From positions 892,133 to 956,132 of the forward strand of contig JALWXN010000004.1 of the NCBI GenBank assembly GCA_027078545.1: a stretch of 64,000 bases of DNA, in the 5' to 3' direction. Positions 46,972 through 57,210 of the stretch are shown in pieces (the stretch's first letter is position 1; the number at the start of each line of letters is the position of its first letter). The notes under the pieces were generated by a model. It had not been told where the DNA came from. It ran no database searches and was given only the letters and a program-made list of their open reading frames with translations. Origin of the DNA: Nitrososphaeria archaeon. Lineage in GTDB: Archaea; Thermoproteota; Nitrososphaeria; Geothermarchaeales; JDFR-13. The position numbers and the translations under genes were made by a program.

Positions 46972-48354
46972 CTAGATCACCAGTAGCTCGAGGAGCTCGT
47001 AGTAGTTGTGCTTCTCGAAGTTCATCGTGACCTCTATAATCTCCTCTATCACGTCTTCGGGGTAGTAGGGCCTGAGTAGTCGGAAGACCTTCTCCCTCAG
47101 TAGGTCGTCGACGTTGTGGCCGGAGCCTGGGTATCCCCTCGGCCTTGTGACGAGGCTCTCTAGGACGGTGCCATCCCTAAGCCTGACAACCACCCTGTTC
47201 GGCACCTCCCTCGGATAGAGCCTATCGAGCTCCGGGTCGACCTTGACATCCATCTTGGCCATAACCCTCTTGATATCCTCGTCCCTAAGCTTATCGTCGC
47301 TATAGGCGTCTAGCCAGATATCGCCGTGTAGAAGGGTGTATGCCACTATATATGGGAGGCTGTGGTCAGCCGTCTCCCTATTCTCCGGCCTCCACTTCTC
47401 GGGATGCTTAACTATTATGTCGTAGGTAGCCTGCACAGTATAGACCTCCACCCTCTCAATCTCCTCCGGCCTGAGGGGCCTACCACCAAGGAGCTCGAGC
47501 ACTGCGTCGACAGCCGACTGGGCGTGATACTCCACCGGGTGGAACTTCATATACGTCCTCAGTATACCGGTGGGCTCAGGCCTCTCCCTAAGCTCCTTTA
47601 TAGGGCCCGGGTCGAACTCTATACCCAGCTGGTTAATAAACCCCATCTCACCCGTGAAGGGCTCCGCAGGCCCCTCATAACCCGCCCTAGCCAGGTATGT
47701 CGCGTACATCGCGTGTCTACATGCATCGGCGGCTGCCGAGGCCTTCCACATCGTGATCCTACCCGCACGGGTCTGCCTCAGAGCTATGTGGGGGACGGTC
47801 GCTATGGCCAATGCCTCTGCAGCCATCTCCTTAGAGAGTTTTAATAGGTTTGAGAGGGCGGCCACAGCTGCTATCATGGTGAAGTTGACGTGGTCCCACC
47901 CCTTCACACGGAGGGAGGCAGAGTCGCATAGACGGACACCCACCTCATAACCAACTGCTATAGCCGTCAATAGATCGGCCTCCGGACTCCCAGACTCCTC
48001 CAACGCGGCAGCCAAGACACCTATCATGTCGCTGGGGTGTAGGGGCTCCTTCGATAGGTAGGTATCGTTGAAGTCGAGGGCCCGGGTCATGGTGCTGTTT
48101 AGGAAGCCGGCATACTCTGGGAGGGTTGTGAAGTGGGTGAACCATATTGTCGAGCCGAGCTCCAAGGGGTATAGGCCTATGAACGCCTTCCTCAAGACCT
48201 GGACGGGCTTGAAGGGTAGAGAGGCTGCCGAGACGGCTATGGAATCTAGGAGGCGCCTCTTAGCCTCCAGTACAGCCTCTATAGGTATGTCCTCCCAGGA
48301 TATGCTCGTTGCATACTCCGCGATAGCCTCCTGTATATAGTCGTACCGACTCAT
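46972..48354 (-). CDS. prpD: 2-methylcitrate dehydratase (MmgE/PrpD family)
   Basis: MmgE/PrpD-like N-terminus SWEDIPIEAVLEAKRRLLDSIAV and overall length; internal ATG 48354 used, upstream extension in track rejected. Confidence 0.8.
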   Translation of the reverse strand: MSRYDYIQEAIAEYATSISWEDIPIEAVLEAKRRLLDSIAVSAASLPFKPVQVLRKAFIGLYPLELGSTIWFTHFTTLPEYAGFLNSTMTRALDFNDTYLSKEPLHPSDMIGVLAAALEESGSPEADLLTAIAVGYEVGVRLCDSASLRVKGWDHVNFTMIAAVAALSNLLKLSKEMAAEALAIATVPHIALRQTRAGRITMWKASAAADACRHAMYATYLARAGYEGPAEPFTGEMGFINQLGIEFDPGPIKELRERPEPTGILRTYMKFHPVEYHAQSAVDAVLELLGGRPLRPEEIERVEVYTVQATYDIIVKHPEKWRPENRETADHSLPYIVAYTLLHGDIWLDAYSDDKLRDEDIKRVMAKMDVKVDPELDRLYPREVPNRVVVRLRDGTVLESLVTRPRGYPGSGHNVDDLLREKVFRLLRPYYPEDVIEEIIEVTMNFEKHNYYELLELLVI

Positions 48355-48430
48355 GTAAACAGAATCCCAGAGAGCGTTATATGAATAGTGGCTATCGAGG
48401 AATATTTGTAAAAGAGGGGGAGAATAGTGG

Positions 48431-49144
48431 CTATGCACTGAGCCCGCTTAGGAACTCGCTGAGCGGGACATCCCTCACCTGGGAAGCCCAGCTGGGTACT
48501 GGAACGTCACCCGCAAAGGGTTTGAGGCTAACTCTCCCATCCTCCACCTTGAAGACTAGTAGGTCTGGGATGTATACCGGCTTATCCCTGAGGAGGCCGG
48601 CCATAAACGCCATATTGGATGGTATACCCTCAGGACCCATCCTCCCGTTTATCGCTATTATGACCGTCTCCCCAGGCCTGTATAGCACGTCCGTACTCTT
48701 CACAGCCATCTTCCCAGTATCGGGGTCGTAGCCATATGACCAGAGGAAGATGTAGAACCTATCCTCTGGGAACTCGCCCCTGAGAACCTCCTTCACCTCC
48801 AGGAGTACAAGTGTATTCAAACGCTTGACCTCCCGTGAGCCCAGCCTCTCAACAGTTATGTAGGTGCTCAGCTCCCTAACCTCAGCCAATACGAGGGCTA
48901 TACCCCTATCATTCAGAAACTCCTCAAGATCCTCTGGGAAGACGTCATGCCTAATCAGCGGCTCCGTAGTTACCACATACTCGCTTGGTAGGGGGCTCTC
49001 ACCCAAGGGTCTAGGCCCCTCTCCAGGGACATGTTGATAGACGGTGACGCTGGGAATATCCTGCTGGAAGAGGGATACGCCCGGGAATAATAGGATCAAC
49101 GTGACAGTCACTAGGACCACCGCTATAAGTGGGAGGCCCTTCAT
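48431..49144 (-). CDS. hypothetical membrane-anchored protein
   Basis: N-terminal TM/signal anchor MKGLPLIAVVLVTVTLILLF; no recognisable domain; sits between prpC and prpD. Confidence 0.45.
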   Translation of the reverse strand: MKGLPLIAVVLVTVTLILLFPGVSLFQQDIPSVTVYQHVPGEGPRPLGESPLPSEYVVTTEPLIRHDVFPEDLEEFLNDRGIALVLAEVRELSTYITVERLGSREVKRLNTLVLLEVKEVLRGEFPEDRFYIFLWSYGYDPDTGKMAVKSTDVLYRPGETVIIAINGRMGPEGIPSNMAFMAGLLRDKPVYIPDLLVFKVEDGRVSLKPFAGDVPVPSWASQVRDVPLSEFLSGLSA

Positions 49145-49230
49145 CTAATCCCCATCATGCACCTATTTCTAGCAAAGTATATTAGTTTAGAGATTTGTAC
49201 ACCGATAATTCTAGGGTAGATCGTTAATGG

Positions 49231-50466
49231 ATGGTTAAGCCATTCCCCAAAACAGTTGTCGACATAGCCTATACCCCGGAATATATCGCCGGCCTAGGGA
49301 TGAATATCTACATGGCGGAGGAGAGGGTGTCTATCTATAGGGGGTTGAAGAACGTCTATGTGGCTGAGTCGAGGATCTGCCTGATCGACCATGAGAGGGG
49401 GAAGATCTACTACTATGGATATGACCTGGATGAGCTGGCCCAGAAGAGTAGTTATGAGGAGGTCCTCTACCTACTCCTCCATGGAAGGCTACCCACAAGG
49501 AGGGAGTATCAGGAGTTCCTGGATAGGATAAGGGGGTCATTGCGGCTAGAGCCTGAGATCCTAGACGTTATGAGACGGATCCCAAGGGATATCGATATGA
49601 TGGAGGCCCTACGAACAGTGGTCTCATACATCGGTAACCTCCGGAGCCGGGATCCGGAGTATACGAGGGATGATGTAGTGGACTACACCGTCGACCTCGT
49701 GGCAAAGATGCCCAGCATAATAGGGGGGCTATACAGGATGTGGAGGGGTTTGGAGCCCCTCGAGCCCAGGGAGGATCTAAGCCTCGCCGCCAACCTCCTA
49801 TACCTCATAACCGGGAGGGAGTATGACGAGAGGGATGTTAGGGGCCTAGACATGAGCCTAATCCTCTATGCAGAACACGGCATGAACGCATCCACCTTCG
49901 CAGCCGTAGTGGTCGCATCAACAGGTAGCGACTACTACTCCTCCATAGTCGCGGGTATAGGGGCGCTGAGGGGCCCACTACATGGGTACGCCAACACCGG
50001 TGCATTGGAGCAGTTCCTAGAGATAGACGACCCCTCAAATGTGGAGAGGTGGTTCAAGGAGAATATCGAGAGTAGGAGGAGGCGGCTCATAGGGTTTGGC
50101 CACAGGCTATACAGGATACACGACCCGAGGGCGAAGCACTACAGGAGGTGGCTAGAGGAGAATAGGGAGAGGTTTGACGAGGAGACCCGGCGGGTATACG
50201 AAACAGCTATGAAGCTATACAACGTGGCTATGAACAGCTTCCTAGCGGAGAAGGGGATATACCCCAACTGCGACTACTGGAGCGCACTACTATACTACGC
50301 CCTGAAACTCCCAAAGGAGGTCTACACACCAATATTCGCAATGTCACGAATAGCCGGGTGGAGCAGCCACATAGCTGAGTACCGAGAGGACAACATACTG
50401 ATAAGGCCGAAGGCATACTACGTCGGCGAGAGAGACAAAAAGTACGTGCCCCTTGATGAGAGGTAG
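49231..50466 (+). CDS. prpC: citrate synthase family protein (likely 2-methylcitrate synthase)
   Basis: Citrate synthase motifs LHGYANTGA (catalytic His region), GFGHRLY, MSRIAGWSSH; divergent from the prpD-prpB unit. Confidence 0.85.
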   Translation: MVKPFPKTVVDIAYTPEYIAGLGMNIYMAEERVSIYRGLKNVYVAESRICLIDHERGKIYYYGYDLDELAQKSSYEEVLYLLLHGRLPTRREYQEFLDRIRGSLRLEPEILDVMRRIPRDIDMMEALRTVVSYIGNLRSRDPEYTRDDVVDYTVDLVAKMPSIIGGLYRMWRGLEPLEPREDLSLAANLLYLITGREYDERDVRGLDMSLILYAEHGMNASTFAAVVVASTGSDYYSSIVAGIGALRGPLHGYANTGALEQFLEIDDPSNVERWFKENIESRRRRLIGFGHRLYRIHDPRAKHYRRWLEENRERFDEETRRVYETAMKLYNVAMNSFLAEKGIYPNCDYWSALLYYALKLPKEVYTPIFAMSRIAGWSSHIAEYREDNILIRPKAYYVGERDKKYVPLDER

Positions 50467-50470
50467 ACAG

Positions 50471-51697
50471 TTATAGCTTAACCAAGACTATTTTGGAGGA
50501 GCCAATCTGGGCCTTATACAACACTACATATACTTCTCCATTATTCTCAACAAGGCCTAGCAGTCTATAGCTCTCACTGATGACCTCGTTGTCAAGCACC
50601 CCGCCACCAGGTATCTTCACCAGTGCCAGATAGGTATCGGCGAAACGCTGTCCAACCAGCAGATAATTATCACCTCCTATGTGTATCATGCTCGTTATCA
50701 GTACTGCCTCCTCAAAGGGACTTGGTAGGATTCCGACTGCCGGGGATAGGGCCTCGAGATCTATGAACTGGACCTCGCTACTTTGATCGGCATAGATCAC
50801 CGTGAAGAATATCTTTCCATCGGCGGCTCCCAGGGGAAGTACGTTTACGACGGGTGTCTCCCCACCCTGTATAGGGTATTCGAAGACTGTCTTGTTCTCA
50901 ACTATGTTATACACCATGACCTTGAAGCTGGACCCGTATCTAGTTACCGCGATAAAGTGGTCACCCACTACCCTGAACCTTATGGCACTATCAATCCTAG
51001 TTAGGAACTTCTTCCCCGAGTCATCCACAAGGTATATCTCGTCATAGGGATATAGGGTCACGACCCTAACCAGCAAATCATCACCAAAACGATATAGGCT
51101 TATAGGGGAGATACCGAAGTAGTAGGATCCTTCTACGACCAGCTCACCATCTACTAGACGTATAATACTAACATTACCATCGACCACAGCGATGATACGA
51201 TCCTCCACGACAAAGACTCTCGGGAAGGCACCGCCATCCAGTGTAATAGATGCCACTAACTCCCAGTCAATTCCATATACCCCGATCCATAGCTCGCTCT
51301 CCAAGTCGTTTGATATTAGGGCTGGTACCACCACCATATCGTCTAGGAACCGGGGCTCCAGAAATCCCAGTCTCGAATATTCGAGATGGGTGGGAAAACT
51401 CTCTAGAGTGCGGGTATCTACCTGACCATCACGTAGCTCGACGAGTACTGGATACCCCCCGGGTTCACCATCCAGACCCACGATATATAGTTTACCGTCA
51501 ACACTCCCAACGTCGCTTGGGAAATTAAGGGTTTTAACAACGATACTCTCTAGAGTTATCCCCGACACGGGAGGCCCAGTAGCTGGTATGCCAGGGAATA
51601 TTGGGAGCCAGCCCATCAACACTATCAGGATGACTATCAGACCCATGGCCACGAAGGCAGCGATTGGGAGCCTCCTATACCGATGATTTTCACCCAC
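50471..51697 (-). CDS. hypothetical membrane-anchored beta-rich protein
   Basis: N-terminal TM LPIAAFVAMGLIVILIVLMGWL, beta-strand-rich remainder, no motif recognised. Confidence 0.4.
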   Translation of the reverse strand: MGENHRYRRLPIAAFVAMGLIVILIVLMGWLPIFPGIPATGPPVSGITLESIVVKTLNFPSDVGSVDGKLYIVGLDGEPGGYPVLVELRDGQVDTRTLESFPTHLEYSRLGFLEPRFLDDMVVVPALISNDLESELWIGVYGIDWELVASITLDGGAFPRVFVVEDRIIAVVDGNVSIIRLVDGELVVEGSYYFGISPISLYRFGDDLLVRVVTLYPYDEIYLVDDSGKKFLTRIDSAIRFRVVGDHFIAVTRYGSSFKVMVYNIVENKTVFEYPIQGGETPVVNVLPLGAADGKIFFTVIYADQSSEVQFIDLEALSPAVGILPSPFEEAVLITSMIHIGGDNYLLVGQRFADTYLALVKIPGGGVLDNEVISESYRLLGLVENNGEVYVVLYKAQIGSSKIVLVKL

Positions 51698-51832
51698 GCC
51701 TATCTTTACCTCCTTACTGAAATTCTATCTCATTAAGGTGTGTAAATAATCTATGCTGATGTTATTGCTATACCGAATAGTGATGAACCATATTTAAGAT
51801 CGGCTGTGGATAGGCCAGCAACTCCTAATAAA

Positions 51833-53065
51833 CTATGTGCCTCTTGGCAGTCCTAGTACGTGTCTCGCTATGTAGTTCAGGGCGAGTTGCTGGGTTACCG
51901 GTGCTAGTCTGAGTAGGTTTATCTCTCTCCACCACCGCTCTACATCGAACTCCCTTGCATAGCCGTAGCCTCCGAAGGTCTGCATAGCCCAGTACACCGC
52001 CTCTATCCCCGCCTCTATAGCTACGTACTTCGCTATGTTGCTGTTCCTCCCAACCTCTGATAGGCCTGTAGACCTCGAGACGACCTCGTCAAAGCTCTTC
52101 GGATCCCTCGGCGGGGGCAGCCTGTCATAGGTTGCCGCGGCTCTATATGCTAGGAGGCGTGCCCCCTCGAGCATGGCGTAGGACCTGGCTAGTGGGTGCT
52201 GGACAGCCTGGTAGGAGCCTATTGGCCGGTCGAAGACGACCCTGTTCTTGGCATACTCGACAGCCCTTGACAAGGCTAGGTATCCGATGGCAACAGCACC
52301 TATTGAGAAGCCTATCCTCTCAGGGTTGAGTATGTCGAGGAGGACGTACCAACCAGCGTCGAGTGGGCCTAGGAGGTTCTCCTCGGGTATCCTTAGATCC
52401 TCTATGTAGACCTCGCAGGACTTGCTATAGTTTATCCCATGCTTAGGGATGGGGCTATACCTCACATTCTTATTCGGCATATCCACTATGAAGAGTGATA
52501 GGCCGAGGCTCCTCCTCCCAGCCTCCTCGGGGGTCTTAGTGCGGGCGACGAGTATGAAGGCCCGAGCCCTATCTATCCCGCTTATGAAGACCTTCCTCCC
52601 ATTAACGACGTACTCGTCACCCTCCTTCACGGCTGTCGTCTTTATCGATAATGTGTTTGACCCTACGTCCGGCTCGGTAAGGGCTAGGGCCCCCTCGATC
52701 CTCCCCTCCGCTATGCCTGGGAGATACTTCTCCTTCTGCTCCTTAGTACCGAACCTAGCTATGGGCAGTGCCAGGAATATCTCGGTAAGCATTATGTACC
52801 ATACACCGGCCATCCCCGCACCTCCCCTCACGAGGCCCTCTATAGCGACGGCCAGCTCCTCCAGTCCATAGCCGCTCCCCCCATACTCCTGGGGTATAAC
52901 GATACCCATGAACCCCTGCTCGGCTATCGCCCTGAAGAACTCCTCCGCAAACTCCTCCCTAAGATCCTTCTCCCTCCAGTACTCGGGTGGGAACTGGCTT
53001 GAGACCTCGTAGGCCGTCCTGTATATAAGCTCCTTATCCCCTGATAGGTCGGGAGGTATCTCCAT
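51833..53065 (-). CDS. acyl-CoA dehydrogenase
   Basis: ACAD N-, middle- and C-domains (ALTEPDVGSN, GRKVFISG, C-terminal helical domain with QTFGGYGY). Confidence 0.85.
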   Translation of the reverse strand: MEIPPDLSGDKELIYRTAYEVSSQFPPEYWREKDLREEFAEEFFRAIAEQGFMGIVIPQEYGGSGYGLEELAVAIEGLVRGGAGMAGVWYIMLTEIFLALPIARFGTKEQKEKYLPGIAEGRIEGALALTEPDVGSNTLSIKTTAVKEGDEYVVNGRKVFISGIDRARAFILVARTKTPEEAGRRSLGLSLFIVDMPNKNVRYSPIPKHGINYSKSCEVYIEDLRIPEENLLGPLDAGWYVLLDILNPERIGFSIGAVAIGYLALSRAVEYAKNRVVFDRPIGSYQAVQHPLARSYAMLEGARLLAYRAAATYDRLPPPRDPKSFDEVVSRSTGLSEVGRNSNIAKYVAIEAGIEAVYWAMQTFGGYGYAREFDVERWWREINLLRLAPVTQQLALNYIARHVLGLPRGT

Positions 53066-53098
53066 AGGAGACTATATCCAGCCCGGATGATTTAAGCC

Positions 53099-53461
53099 CT
53101 AGGGGGCGAGGGCGAGTAGGAGTAGCTGATAAGCCACAAACAATATGGTCAGGGGGATCAAGAGATACTTAAGACTCTCTAAGATACCCCTGTACTCCCT
53201 CATGGCTAGGAATGCTAGGTATGCCCCAACACCCAGGAGGAATATCATGACGAGTATATCCCCATCGACCCCAAAAGTATCCATGACCCACCTCCCGAAG
53301 AGGGTATATATGATGAATAGTATGGAGAAGTGGACGGCCAGCATAGCGCCCTTCCTAGCCCCACCAGCCTCTGAACCCCTATAGATGGTTATCCACCCCC
53401 TGGGAGCCCCAACAATATACATTGTACAATTTAGATGTGGATATAAGGCCCCAGCACCCAA
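53099..53461 (-). CDS. hypothetical small membrane protein
   Basis: Three predicted TM helices; no motif. Confidence 0.35.
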   Translation of the reverse strand: MGAGALYPHLNCTMYIVGAPRGWITIYRGSEAGGARKGAMLAVHFSILFIIYTLFGRWVMDTFGVDGDILVMIFLLGVGAYLAFLAMREYRGILESLKYLLIPLTILFVAYQLLLLALAP

Positions 53462-53600
53462 CTATATAGCCGTTGACCAAAGACCGTCTATGGATGGCTC
53501 ACCACACTCTGATTAGACGGTTTCCGGATAGAAAAGGGTAGCTTGATACTGGTGACTCTAAATATGTATGTGGTGGATAGGATGATCAGGGTGGGTCTCC

Positions 53601-53765
53601 ATGATGATCCAGATTAGTTTCGACGATGAGGCGAATGCACTATATGTAAAGTTGAGGGAGGATGCTGTTGAAGAGTCTAGGGAGGTCGCTCCAGGAGTCA
53701 TAATAGACTTTAATAGGGAGGGGAGGGTTGTCGGTATAGAGGTTCTGAGGGATATAAGTGGGTAA
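53601..53765 (+). CDS. small DUF2283-like protein (not in ORF track because under 60 aa)
   Basis: 54-aa ORF MMIQISFDDEANALYVKLREDAVEESREVAPGVIIDFNREGRVVGIEVLRDISG; pattern fits the short DUF2283 family. Confidence 0.45.
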   Translation: MMIQISFDDEANALYVKLREDAVEESREVAPGVIIDFNREGRVVGIEVLRDISG

Positions 53766-53795
53766 CGCCTCGGCTCCCGATGGCTGGTAAGCGCT

Positions 53796-54248
53796 CTATA
53801 CTGGGATTATCGCTACATAGTGATACCCCTCAGGCTCCCTCTGCCTAACCTCGAGCCTCACCTCAATATCCGGCTTCAGTGAGTCGAAATCACCCTCCAC
53901 TAGGCCTAAGACCTTGAAGCCGTCGATCTCGGCTACGCCCACTATGTAGTCTGGGTAGTGGCTATGTGTCTTCGGCTTAACATTTATCTCAGTATATGTC
54001 ACAAGCCTGCCCACCCCCTCTATCCTCCTCTCCTCCAGATCCCTAGAGCCGCAGCTCCTACATATGGGGCCGGGTGGGTACTGCCTATACCCACAGGCCC
54101 TACATATCTGTCCAAGTATTACGCCCTCCTCCAGCATCCTATAATACTTCTCCAGGCCGCCTAGTGAGCTCCTCAGGCTCAGTGGGAAGACCCTCTGATC
54201 CTCGAGGACCGGCATACCAGTCTTCTCATCCCTTGATATCCTACCCAT
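53796..54248 (-). CDS. DUF35 zinc-ribbon/OB-fold protein (thiolase-associated)
   Basis: CRACGYRQYPPGPICRSCGS rubredoxin-like zinc ribbon followed by OB-fold region; immediately downstream of the thiolase gene. Confidence 0.75.
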   Translation of the reverse strand: MGRISRDEKTGMPVLEDQRVFPLSLRSSLGGLEKYYRMLEEGVILGQICRACGYRQYPPGPICRSCGSRDLEERRIEGVGRLVTYTEINVKPKTHSHYPDYIVGVAEIDGFKVLGLVEGDFDSLKPDIEVRLEVRQREPEGYHYVAIIPV

Positions 54249-54254
54249 AACGCC

Positions 54255-55418
54255 TCACCTCGATAGGATCGATACATAGGCGTACTGCCCAACACCACCT
54301 ATGTTGTGGGTCAGGCCTACACCCCTCCTTATAACGGCCTGCCTACCCCTCTCCGCTTCACCACGTAGCTGCTTAACAATCTCCACGTACATCGCCACTC
54401 CGGTGGCCCCGACTGGGTGGCCCTTCGCCTTCAAGCCGCCGTCGAGGTTGACCTGCACCTCTCCCCCCACATATGTCTGCTCCTCCCTGATAAGCTCCAC
54501 GCCACGCCCCCTATCGGCGAAGCCTAGATCCTCATAGGCCAGGATCTCCGCAATGGTGAAGCAGTCATGGACAGTGGCCACGTCTATCTCCGCCCTGGGG
54601 TCCTCTATCCCCGCAGCCTTATATGCCTTCTCAGCCGCCCTCCTAGCAGACTCTATCGAGGTGTAGTCGGCCCTACCCGTCAGGCTGGCCGGCATCGATG
54701 AGTAGCCTATCCCCCTTATCCATATAGGGGTATCGACTCTTAGCTCCCTGATCGACTCCTCACTACTTATGACCACCGCTGCTGAGCCGTCGGTGATCGG
54801 GCTACAGTCATAGAGCTTTATCGGCCTAGCTATATACCTACTCCCCATACACTCCTCGAGGCTTATCTCCCTCTGGTACTGGGCCTTAGGATTCCTGGCA
54901 CCGTAGAAATGGTTCTTCACAGCCACTCGGCAGAAGTCCTCCTCCGTAGCCCCATACTCATGCATATACCTCGTCATGAATAGGGCGTAGTAGCCTGGGA
55001 ATGTTATGCCGTAGTCCCTAACCTCCCAGAAGTATGAGCCCAGCCTAGCTAGATACTCAACGGCACCCGGAGTCCCGAACTCATTCATCTTCTCCAGCCC
55101 AATGACGAGTACGTTCTTGGCGGCCCCACTCCTAACCATGTTGTAGGCGGTGTAGATCCCAGCACTACCCGAGGCGCAGGCCGCCTCTACCCTATGAACA
55201 GCTATTGGGTTAAGCCCTAGATGCTCGATATAGACCCCTGCAGGGCTGAACTCTGGTGTGAAGCCCGTGCTCGTGAAGACGATATAGTCTATATCCTCAG
55301 GCGATACGTAGCCCTCGTCCCAGACCTCCCTCACAGCCTCCTCGACAAGCTCGAATATGTTGACGTCAGTCCTCCTACCGAAGCGTGACATGCCTATCGA
55401 CGCTACTCCTACCCTCAT
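54255..55418 (-). CDS. thiolase (acetyl-CoA C-acyltransferase, SCP-x-like archaeal type)
   Basis: Active-site Cys context HRVEAACASGSAG, C-terminal GHPVGATG and catalytic His/Cys region; ATG 55418 (MRVGVASIG) preferred over 55430. Confidence 0.85.
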   Translation of the reverse strand: MRVGVASIGMSRFGRRTDVNIFELVEEAVREVWDEGYVSPEDIDYIVFTSTGFTPEFSPAGVYIEHLGLNPIAVHRVEAACASGSAGIYTAYNMVRSGAAKNVLVIGLEKMNEFGTPGAVEYLARLGSYFWEVRDYGITFPGYYALFMTRYMHEYGATEEDFCRVAVKNHFYGARNPKAQYQREISLEECMGSRYIARPIKLYDCSPITDGSAAVVISSEESIRELRVDTPIWIRGIGYSSMPASLTGRADYTSIESARRAAEKAYKAAGIEDPRAEIDVATVHDCFTIAEILAYEDLGFADRGRGVELIREEQTYVGGEVQVNLDGGLKAKGHPVGATGVAMYVEIVKQLRGEAERGRQAVIRRGVGLTHNIGGVGQYAYVSILSR

Positions 55419-55460
55419 CCCAATCCACATGATTGTATAGGGGGTTTACAATCCATAAGT

Positions 55461-55895
55461 CTATACTGTGAATATCCCTCCATACCCCAGGTACGCCAGG
55501 CCTAGTAGGAGGAGTATACCCAGTAGGAAGCCCAGCCTCCTACCCGTGAGGAGCATAAGCCCCGAGGGGATATGTATAGCCCCCAGCAGGGGGAGAACCA
55601 TGAACCATTCAACAGGCTCGAGGGGCATCAATAAGGTGTATATGATTGGGGTGGCCAGCAGTATTGATCCGAGGATCTTGGCTAGGGCTCCGTCTCCACG
55701 TATCGATATGCTCCCAACCAGGATTAGGATCGACGAGAATAGGTATATGGCTCCTCCTATCAGGGCGAGTACTAGGAAGAGGCCTATGGCTCCAAGCCCA
55801 CCCTTGAAGTCCGTCAGCTCCCTCAGGAGGTACCACCCAACTATAGATAGGAGCTCGCCGGAGAGTATTAGGAGGATCCCTAAGCGACGCGACAC
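55461..55895 (-). CDS. hypothetical membrane protein
   Basis: Four predicted TM helices, Gly/Leu-rich; no motif. Confidence 0.35.
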   Translation of the reverse strand: MSRRLGILLILSGELLSIVGWYLLRELTDFKGGLGAIGLFLVLALIGGAIYLFSSILILVGSISIRGDGALAKILGSILLATPIIYTLLMPLEPVEWFMVLPLLGAIHIPSGLMLLTGRRLGFLLGILLLLGLAYLGYGGIFTV

Positions 55896-55931
55896 ACCTA
55901 GTAAATGGGTTGGGAGGGATAAATTAATGGG

Positions 55932-57161
55932 CTATCCCCTGATATACTCCCTCCCTATATAGTCCCTGGCGATGATGATCTTCATGATGTTCTGGCCGCC
56001 CTCAGCCCCTACGAGGTAGCTGAGTATACCTAGCCATCCACGGTATACGTTGGACTCCTTCATATAGCTATAGGCACCCATCCACTTCATAACCTCCTCA
56101 TATATCCTGGCCGCAGCCTCAGGCCCCTTATACTTCGCCAGGGCGACTGGGATATTCAGGTCCTTAGGGTTTAGGGTAGGGTCGCCCTCACGGTATATCC
56201 TGTCAACCATCCAGGCAGCCCTGAGTGTGAAGAGCCTAGCCGCCTCCAGCTCGGCGTAGAGCTCTGAGAACCTCATGTATATCCCCTGGAATGAGGAGAG
56301 CCTCCGTCCATTGAAGAGCCTCCTATTACGTATCCACTCGACACCCTGGTCCAATGCCCACCTGGCACTCCCTACACAGGCGGCTGCCACGAGGATCCTG
56401 GCTATGTTGAAGCCCTCCATCAGGATGTAGAAGCCCTTCCCCTCCTCACCAACCCTATACCTATCCTCGATGGGGAAGCCCTCGACCTTGAAGCCCCCTG
56501 TTGAGAGGCCGCCCCTACCAATCTCCTCGAATATCGTGTAGTCTATCTCGCCCAGGAGCTCACCATCCCTCCTGGGTAGGAAGGCGAAGGTCGTTATATT
56601 CCTATGCCCATAGTCGAGGCTCCCAGTCTTGGATACGAGGAGCCAACCACCACCATCGAGCTGCTCCAACACCTCCCGGACACCGCTTATATAGATCTTC
56701 TCGCCACTCACCCTCCAAACACCATCACCCTTCTCGGCGAAGGTTTTTATACCAGCCACGTCGGAGCCTCCATGGGCCTCTGTAGAGGCTATCCCGAAGA
56801 AGTACTCGCCCCTCACTACCCTGGGCAGCACCTCGGCCTTCACATCGTCATTGGCATAGAGCTGTAGCAGGTATGGCCACCCATTGTTGAGGAGTACGTA
56901 TACAGCTATAGCTACGGCCGGGTCGTGGTATGCGAGCTCCTCTATCGCTAGGGCCGTCCTGAGATATGTCTCCCCCAGGCCTCCATACTCCTCGGAGATC
57001 GGCATACCTAGGAGGCCCTGCTCCCCCATCCTCCTGATGAGGTCCGTGGGTATCACGCCCGACTCGTCGATCTCCACCCACCTAGGCTCTATATACTCCT
57101 TGGCAAACTCGGCTACATTCCTCTTGAAGAGCTCATCCTCCCTGGATAGGCTGAAGTCCAT
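55932..57161 (-). CDS. acyl-CoA dehydrogenase
   Basis: ACAD-type N-terminus MDFSLSREDELF, STEAHGGSD, C-terminal helical domain; internal ATG 57161 used. Confidence 0.85.
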   Translation of the reverse strand: MDFSLSREDELFKRNVAEFAKEYIEPRWVEIDESGVIPTDLIRRMGEQGLLGMPISEEYGGLGETYLRTALAIEELAYHDPAVAIAVYVLLNNGWPYLLQLYANDDVKAEVLPRVVRGEYFFGIASTEAHGGSDVAGIKTFAEKGDGVWRVSGEKIYISGVREVLEQLDGGGWLLVSKTGSLDYGHRNITTFAFLPRRDGELLGEIDYTIFEEIGRGGLSTGGFKVEGFPIEDRYRVGEEGKGFYILMEGFNIARILVAAACVGSARWALDQGVEWIRNRRLFNGRRLSSFQGIYMRFSELYAELEAARLFTLRAAWMVDRIYREGDPTLNPKDLNIPVALAKYKGPEAAARIYEEVMKWMGAYSYMKESNVYRGWLGILSYLVGAEGGQNIMKIIIARDYIGREYIRG

Positions 57162-57210
57162 CTCAGGACACCTAGGTATTAGATCCCGGATCCCCGTATT
57201 TATTGCCGGC

